Of a DNA stretch of 64,000 nt, positions 54,679 through 64,000 are shown piece after piece (the stretch's first letter is position 1; every line of letters begins with the position of its first letter). Under the pieces are notes generated by a model, which was not told the DNA's origin, did no database searches, and saw nothing but the letters and a program-made list of their open reading frames with translations. A program made the position numbers and the translations under genes. The stretch comes from the human T2T-CHM13v2.0 reference genome, Homo sapiens. The stretch lies in NCBI RefSeq assembly GCF_009914755.1, contig NC_060926.1; one strand, written 5' to 3'.

Positions 54679-56274
54679 TGAGTAGCTGGGATTACAGGTG
54701 CACACAACCACACCCGGCTAATTTTTTGTATTTTTAGTAGAGACGGGGTTTCACTATGTTGGCCAGGCTGGTCTTGAACTTCTGACTTCATGGTCCGCCC
54801 GCCTTGGCCTCCCAAAGTGCTGGGATTACAGGCTTGAGCCACCGCGCCCGGCCTTTTGTATTTTTTTAGTAGAGACAGGGTTTCACTGTGTTAGCCAGGA
54901 TGGTCTCAATCTCCTGACCTCGTGATCCACCCACCTCGGCCTCCCAAAGTGCTGGGATTACAGGTGTGAGCCACCGTGCCCAGCCTTTTTCCTCTTTTTA
55001 TTGAGACAGAGTCTCGCTGTGTCGCCCAGGCTGGAGTGCATGGCACAATCTTGGCTCACTGCCAACCTCTGCCACCCAGGTTCAAGCGATTCTCCTGCCT
55101 CAGCCTCCCAAGTAGCTGGGATTACAGGTGCTTGCCACCATGCCCAGCTAATTTTTTTGTATTACTAGTGAGACGGGGTTTTGCCATGTTGGCCAGGCAG
55201 GTCTCAAACTCCTGACCTCTGGTGATCCGCCAGCCTCGGCCTCCCAAATTGCTGGGATTACAGGCGTGAGCCACCGCACCCAGCCAACAGCCTATATCTT
55301 AAAAGAGGTACCCTTTTTTGGTAGGTAGAGAAAATTTGAAAATGTAGTTCTGAGACTTGTGTAACTTATTTGGTCCATTAAAACTGTGAGAATAACTATA
55401 AAGGAAAGGTATAAAATATGCTTTACCATGTGAAGGTAGAAGAAGACAACTAAGTATTGTTAAAGAGAAAAAAGAAAGTCTGGCCGGGTGCAGTGGCTCA
55501 CGCCTGTAATCCCAGCACTTTGGGAGGCCGAGGTGGGCGGATCACGAGGTCAGGAGATTGAGACCATCCTGGCTAACACAGTGAAAACCTGTCTGTACTA
55601 AAAATACAAAAAATTAGCCGGGTGTGGTGGCACATGCCTGTAGTCCCAGCTACTCGGGAGGCCGAGGCAGGAGAATCGCTTGAACTGGGAGTTGCAGTGA
55701 GCTGAGATTGCACCACTGCACTCCAGCCTGGGTGACAGAGCGACACTCCGTATCAAAAAAAAGAAAAAGAAAAAGAAAGTCTGCACTAGCCCCTCAGGAG
55801 CTGGACAGTCTATGTGGGAGCATAGATAGAGAGGACTCCCAGAATAGGGAAGCTGAAAGGATTCCACCTGGAAATGAGAAGGCTAGGGTGTGAAGAGATT
55901 CTAGTTTCTGAAAGGGACATCCAGCAAGATGTTAGTTCCTAATAATGAGAGGGTGGGGAGTGAGCAAAATGTGGCACTAGTAGACTGTGGGTTATTGGGT
56001 AGGAAGGGGGTGCTGGGCGGAATCTTTGGTTTACCCTTCTCTGAAGATAGCCATGGGAAATAGCAGAGGCTCTGGGATCAGACATATCTTGGTTTAAATT
56101 CTGATCCTTATGTGATTTGAGGCAGGTTTCTAAACCTATCTAAAGTGTCAGAGTCACTAAACTCAAAATTAGAAGCAAAAATCAGCTACAGACTATCTTC
56201 AAGATTCACCCAGAGCCCTTTGCTCTTCCTTGCTCCTTTAGGTGATCTGGTGCCAGCTGGTGGAACAGTGGGTG

Positions 56275-56296
56275 ATGGCGTCCCTGCTGCAAGACC
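56275..56296 (+). CDS. PLCD4: PLCD4 first coding segment (exon 2 starts at 56242; MASLLQD)
   Basis: Acceptor ctttag|GTG at 56242; gtgATGG strong Kozak; donor ACC|GTGAGT. Confidence 0.93.
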
Positions 56297-56438
56297 GTGA
56301 GTGCCGGGGCCCCTGCAGGGGAAGAGGCCTTAGTGTACAGCTCAGGGAAGGGAAGGAGGTTGGACCCCTGTTCCAGAGCTCTCCCTGGGCCTGCTACCCT
56401 CTCTGCTGGCTACCTAACCCCTGCTTTTCCTGACCTAG

Positions 56439-56597
56439 AGCTGACCACTGATCAGGACTTGCTGCTGATGCAGGAAGGCATGCCGATGCGCAAGGTGAGG
56501 TCCAAAAGCTGGAAGAAGCTAAGATACTTCAGACTTCAGAATGACGGCATGACAGTCTGGCATGCACGGCAGGCCAGGGGCAGTGCCAAGCCCAGCT
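56439..56597 (+). CDS. PLCD4: PLCD4 exon 3, PH domain N-half
   Basis: cctag|AG; [53 protein letters not shown]; donor GCT|GTGAGT. Confidence 0.96.
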
Positions 56598-57197
56598 GTG
56601 AGTGACCTGGATAGTCGGGGGTGGATACATGGGTGGATAGAGGCCTGAGGAGCCCGGCAGGGGAGGGACCAAAGTCCTACGATAGTGTGTGTTTGTGCTG
56701 TCCTAATTGTGGCTATATCTGAGCCTGTAAAAGGAGATCATAACAGTACTTGCCTCATAAGGCTGTTATGAGGATTAAATTAGTTATTGTATATAAAAGG
56801 CTTAGAAGAGTCCTGGAACATAGTAAGATGTAATAAATCATTGGTTACATCTTGTTGTTATTATAATAAGACCATGATCTTGGGCATCAGCCTGCCTGAA
56901 TTAAAGCCCTGGCTCTGCCACTTTCTAACTGAGTAGCTGTGGAAAATCAAGTAGTTAAGCTATGGCTGGGCATGGTGGCTCAATGCCTGTAATCCCAGCA
57001 ATTTGGGAGGTTGAGGCAGGAGAATTTCTTGAGACCAGAAGTTCAAGACCAGCCTGGACAACATAGGGAGATCCTGTCTCTATAAAAAATAAAAATAAAA
57101 AATTAGCTGGGTGTGGTGCTGTACGCCTGTGGTCTCAGCTATTTGGGAGGCTAAGATGGGAGGATCACTTGAGTCCAGGAAGTTGAGACTGCAGTGA

Positions 57198-57701
<504 letters not shown>

Positions 57702-57703
57702 TA

Positions 57704-58132
<429 letters not shown>

Positions 58133-58453
58133 TCAAAAAACAAAATAAAACAAAAAAAAATCATAACAGTGTGCACTTATTGGCCAAACTCTTTATGATA
58201 ACAAGACATAATTTGATCACAGGACACATCTAAGAGAGTCTGTTTTACAGACAAATTGCTCACAATCCATACCGCCCCCAGCTGAGGTAAGAGGGTGAAA
58301 GAATTTCTCTGGTTCCCTCGTAGACATCTGGAAAGAGGAAGCCCTCAAACCTGGAATGGGGGCCAGGCGTGGTGGCTCACGCCTGTAATCCCAGCACTTT
58401 GGGAGGCCTAGGCGGGTGGATCACGAGGTCAGGAGATTGAGACCATCTGGCTA

Positions 58454-58735
<282 letters not shown>

Positions 58736-59134
58736 TCAAATGTATGTCCATTTGTCATCCCCATCAGTCCTCCTGTGATCACCATTGGGGCTGCCTATGG
58801 AAGGGGACTATCCATTGTATCAGATGAGGATACTGAGGAGTTAAGTCATTTTGGTTTGTGTCATACTGCCAGCTTGTGGCTGGAAGCCATGTCTTGCCAC
58901 TTCCAGTACAGGCCCTTTGCCATGCTGCCTTTGAAAACATCAGTGATTCATGTGGACTCCTGAATCCCTGGGGTCTGCATCTCTCTGTACTAATGCTTTT
59001 TGGGATTCAGCCTGCAGAGGCTGGGGTTCTTTTCTATGGTGTCATGGAGAAGGGGGTGCTGGTCCTTCACTCTTAGCCCCTGCTATTTGTTGGAATCCCT
59101 TCCTTAATGCCTCCACCTGTTTCTTCTCTGGCAG

Positions 59135-59363
59135 TCTCAATCTCTGATGTGGAGACAATACGTAATGGCCATGATTCCGAGTTGCTGCGTAGCCTGGCAG
59201 AGGAGCTCCCCCTGGAGCAGGGCTTCACCATTGTCTTCCATGGCCGCCGCTCCAACCTGGACCTGATGGCCAACAGTGTTGAGGAGGCCCAGATATGGAT
59301 GCGAGGGCTCCAGCTGTTGGTGGATCTTGTCACCAGCATGGACCATCAGGAGCGCCTGGACCA
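59135..59363 (+). CDS. PLCD4: PLCD4 exon 4, PH domain C-half
   Basis: ctggcag|TC; [77 protein letters not shown]; donor CCA|GTATCG. Confidence 0.94.
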
Positions 59364-59816
59364 GTATCGGCAGGATGGAGTCAGGGTGGGGGTGAGGGAT
59401 CACGCTATCCCTGAAGGAGCCAGATGCAACAGGTTTAGGAAAGGTGAGAAGGGGTGCAGGGCTAGGGAGGCCCAAGGGTCCAGATGGTATGGGCAGGGAC
59501 AGCTCAGGCCAATGTGAGACTGAGAATACTGAGGGAGGAATGGATGCCAAGGATCACATAGCCAGGCAGGAATCAGGACCCCCAGGATTGGAGGAAGAGG
59601 CAGTGACAGGCAGAGGAGCAAACAAGATGCTGCTCCTAAGAGCTGCACAGAAGATCCCAGTGGCATTAACCAGCATGTAGGTGGGAAGCAACCTCTTAGA
59701 AGGCTCAGTGATAAAAACTCACTCCAAGTTTCCTGGATTGTTTACCATTTCATTCATTTATTCATTCATTCATGATCTATTAAGCAGAATGTATCAGGCA
59801 CTATGCCAGACTATAG

Positions 59817-59969
<153 letters not shown>

Positions 59970-60352
59970 TGAGTAGCTGGGACTACAGGTGCATGCCACC
60001 ACGCCCAGCTAATTTTTGTATTTTTTTGAAGAGACGGGGTTTCACCATCTTGGCCAGGCTGGTCTCGAACTCTGGACCTCGTGATCCACCCACCTCAGCC
60101 TCCCAAAGTGCTGGGATTACAGGCATGAGCCACCACACCCGGCCAGTGGTACAAAGATTAATGAGACTCACATATTGCTTCAGTTAGTGAAGAGGATGGA
60201 ACTGTGTAAATAATTTTTTGTTTGGCCTGTAATCCCAGCACTTTGGGAGGCCAAGGCAGGGAGATCACTTGAGGCAGGCAGATCACTATGTTGCCTAACC
60301 TAGGCAACACAGGGAAGACTGCGTCTCTACAAAAAATTAAGAAGTTAACTGA

Positions 60353-60422
60353 AAGACTACACTTTCAGGGATAATTTCTATAGTTCATTACTAGAGAAGT
60401 TTCTCTGAATGTGTAGAGCACC
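60353..60422 (+). pseudogene. U3 snoRNA 3'-truncated pseudogene (first ~70 nt)
   Basis: AAGACTACACTTTCAGGGATAATTTCTATAGTTCATTACTAGAGAAGTTTCTCTGAATGTGTAGAGCACC matches the 5' domain of U3. Confidence 0.9.
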
Positions 60423-61426
60423 ATAAAATACATTTTATTTTTTATTTGAGACAGGGTCTCACTCTGTCACCCAAGCTGGAGTGCAGTGGCACGATCTTGG
60501 CTCACTGCAGCCGTGACAGCCTGGGCTCAAGCAATCCTCCCACCTCAGCTTCCCGAGCAGCTGGGATTACAGGCATGTGCCACCGCACCTGGCTAATTTT
60601 TTGTTTTGTTTTGTAGAGATGGGATTTTGCCACATTGCTCAGGCTAGTCTCTAACTCCTGGGCTCAAGTGGTCCATCCACCTCAGCCTCCAAAAGTGCTG
60701 GGATTAGAGGTGTGAGCCACTGCACCTGGCTCATAAAGTAAACTTTAAAAAATTAAATTAGCCAGGTGTGGCCAGGTGCAGTAGCTCACACCTGTAATTA
60801 ATCCCAGCACTTTGAGAAGCTGAGGCTGGTGGATCACCTGAGGCCAGGAGTTCGACATCAGCCTGGCCAACATGGTGAAACCCCACCTCTACAAAAAATA
60901 CAAAAAAATTAGCTGGGCGTGGCGACATGTATCTGCAATCCCAGCTACTCAGGAGGCTGAGGCACGAGAATCACTTGAACCGGAAAAGGTTGCAGGGAGC
61001 CGAGATGGTGCCACTGCACTCTAGCCTGGTCGACAGAGTTAGACTCTGTCTCCAAAAAAATTTTTTTTCTTTAATTATAAAAGAATTTTTATTTATTTAT
61101 TTATAATAAATAAATAAAGTAGCCAGGTGTGGTGGTGCACACCTGTAGTCCCAGCTACTTGAGAGGCTGAGGTGGGAGGATCACTTTGGTCTGGGAGGTT
61201 GAGGCTGTAGTGAGCCATGATTGCACCACTTCACTTCAGCCTGGGCAACAGAGCGAGACTCTGTCTAAAACAAACATACAAATGAACAAACAAAAAACAG
61301 CCAGGTGTGGTGGTGGGCGCCTGTAATCTCAGCTACTCAGGAGGCTGAGGCAGGAGAATCTCTTGGACCCAGGAGATGGCAGTTGCAGTGAGCCAAGATT
61401 TCCCTAGTGCACTCCAGCCTGGGTGA

Positions 61427-61660
<234 letters not shown>

Positions 61661-62019
61661 TAGTGGAGATGGGATTTCACCATGTTGGCCAGGCTGGTCT
61701 CGAAACTCCTGACCTCATGTGATCCACCCACCTTGGCCTTCCAAAGTGTTGGGTTACAGGCATGAGCCATCGCGTCTGGCCAGAATATAGATTTCTTTCT
61801 GCAGGCAACAGGGAGGTCCCTGCAGGTGCCTGGGCCATACAGTGACAAGATAGATTGGTGCTCTAGAGAGATTATTCTAGAAGCTGTGTGGAGAATGGAT
61901 TGGCACCGGGGAGAGAGACTGGCAGGAAAGAGAGGGGAGAGATGTCAGTGGACGAAGGTGCACACACAACTGCACACACAAACAGATACATTAGTGCTTT
62001 TGCCTTGACTCATACCTGG

Positions 62020-62149
62020 ATGGCTGAGCGATTGGTTTCAACGTGGAGACAAAAATCAGGATGGTAAGATGAGTTTCCAAGAAGTTCAGCGGTTATTGCA
62101 CCTAATGAATGTGGAAATGGACCAAGAATATGCCTTCAGTCTTTTTCAG
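62020..62149 (+). CDS. PLCD4: PLCD4 exon 5, EF-hand 1 (non-AG acceptor)
   Basis: [43 protein letters not shown] with EF loop [12 protein letters not shown]; donor CAG|GTGAGT; 5' boundary inferred from frame and branch site. Confidence 0.9.
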
Positions 62150-62473
62150 GTGAGTCTGTGGGGAAGGATTTCCAGCGGCCAACCAGGCCACATTTTCATT
62201 TGGCCAGAAGTCCTCTGACCCCAGTCCACAACACTCAATTGTTAAATCTCTGCTATGTGCCCTAAGTGCTAGGCTCAATGCCCTAGGCTCAATGGGAAGT
62301 ATAGGGGATGATTCTTGCCTTTCAGTCTTGTTGAAAAGTCATAATTCGGCCGGGCGCAGTGGCTCATGCCTGTAATCCCAGCACTCTGGGAGGCTGAGGC
62401 AGGTGGATCACGAAGTCAGGAGATCGGGTCCATCCTGGTTAACACAGTGAAACACCCGTCTCTACTAAAACTA

Positions 62474-62668
<195 letters not shown>

Positions 62669-63021
62669 CTATGAAAGGTAAATAACAATATGTTATTATG
62701 TTGGACCTCAAGGACCTCTCTGTCCATGGCCAGAATTTCACAGGTGCCTAGAACAATGGAAAACCCCAGCTGGAATGTGAGTAAATAGGAGGAGGGATCT
62801 TCTGACATTTTAGGGGCCTTTGGGAGATTTAATTCTTTCTAGTTGAAAATTTTCTCTAGTAGCAAATGGTATGGCTAAAATTTTGCTTCTTACTGAAGTG
62901 ATTTATTCTATGAACACTAAATGTTTAGGAGTTCCGTGGGAGTTTTATGGAAGCATGTTTGGATCTATCTGTCTGTAAAATTGCTTTTACAGTGCAAGTC
63001 AAGGTCATAACATTTCCCATT

Positions 63022-63141
63022 CTCCATGATGTGCTTATTTCACATTGCATGCCTATATCAAAACATCTAATTTACTGTATAAATATATACACCTACTATG
63101 TACCCAGAAAAATTTAAAAAAAATTTTTTTTAATTAAAAAG
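63022..63141 (+). mobile_element. Short 5'-truncated L1 3' end with perfect 15-bp TSD
   Basis: cacattgcatgcctatatcaaaacatc...atatatacacctactatgtaccca L1 3' motif; ataacatttcccatt at 63007-63021 and 63142-63156. Confidence 0.8.
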
Positions 63142-63194
63142 ATAACATTTCCCATTAAAAGTTTCATTCACTCTCCCCTAAACCTCTCTTGCAG

Positions 63195-63426
63195 GCAGCA
63201 GACACGTCCCAGTCTGGAACCCTGGAAGGAGAAGAATTCGTACAGTTCTATAAGGCATTGACTAAACGTGCTGAGGTGCAGGAACTGTTTGAAAGTTTTT
63301 CAGCTGATGGGCAGAAGCTGACTCTGCTGGAATTTTTGGATTTCCTCCAAGAGGAGCAGAAGGAGAGAGACTGCACCTCTGAGCTTGCTCTGGAACTCAT
63401 TGACCGCTATGAACCTTCAGACAGTG
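63195..63426 (+). CDS. PLCD4: PLCD4 exon 6, EF-hand region; gene continues beyond the window
   Basis: ttgcag|GCA; [77 protein letters not shown]; donor GTG|GTAAGA. Confidence 0.96.
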
Positions 63427-64000
63427 GTAAGAGAAATCAGGTGGAGAGGCACCAGACATAGGGGTTGGAGAGAGGGACATGATTACAAGGTCCAGAGACA
63501 AGCAGCCATCTGCCTGAGAGAAGGTTGAGTCTATCCCTATCCTGACCCCTGCCCAATCATCTCATTTAACCACTCCTCCCAAAGGAGGGCAGGCATTTCC
63601 TGTTCAGACAAGACAGGGGTTTCCTCTGAGGTGCTAGACCTCTCAGGAGGAAGAAGATTCCATGGCTCCTCATTCCTCCATTATGCTCATGTTTCCTTTA
63701 CTTTCAGGAAGTTCTTTCTGATACCAGCTTTGCCCTCGCTGGAAACGGAAAACCCTTGATCCTCTTTCTTTGGCCTCTTCTCTAGTGCAAATGATTCCTT
63801 TTCCTCTGGTTCTTCTTCCATGGTTCCTGTTTGCTATTCCTTTAAATGCTGGCTCGCTGCCCTTTCCTGAGTTGTCTTCAATTCAAGTGGCTCTCTTGAG
63901 TCTCTAAGCCCCTGAACCAGAAAGCCAGTTAGCCCCTGGCTGGGGGAATAAGGAGGCCAGTTATTTAGCTTTTAAGGAGTGCAGCTGAAATATACGCTCT

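Noticed and set aside
59137-59680. Antisense and overlapping ORFs around PLCD4 exon 4
   Set aside because: Shadow ORFs of a GC-rich coding exon with no independent gene signals.
61984-62015. Canonical AG (61984-85, 61993-94) or AC (62014-15) as acceptor of PLCD4 intron 4
   Set aside because: Each shifts the frame relative to WLSDWF with the 59364 donor; both AGs also fail with the downstream GTGAGG donor at 59392.

Overview
Vertebrate (human-like, very Alu-rich) genomic DNA that I recognise as the USP37 - CNOT9 (RQCD1/CAF40) - PLCD4 neighbourhood. On the minus strand are three non-coding 5' exons of USP37; its coding start lies left of the window, so that identity rests on synteny. A CpG-island bidirectional promoter (~8.55-9.95 kb) is shared with CNOT9 on the plus strand. 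CNOT9 is complete: 8 coding exons, 900 nt, 299 aa, all with GT-AG junctions and consistent phases. An ~8 kb Alu cluster nested in L1 relics follows, then the 5' half of PLCD4 (non-coding exon 1 and five coding exons covering the PH and EF-hand domains). Almost all ORF-track entries are Alu or chance ORFs. I see no evidence of a wholly new multi-gene system. The strongest oddity is PLCD4 intron 4, which has no frame-preserving AG acceptor and looks like a non-canonical GT-GG minor-spliceosome (U12-type) intron. Other items worth checking: an in-frame Alu cassette exon and an alternative last exon in CNOT9, recursive-splice-like exon starts, uORFs on both arms of the bidirectional promoter, U6 and 3'-truncated U3 retrocopies, and template-switch scars in Alus. 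Repeat boundaries and family names are by-eye estimates.
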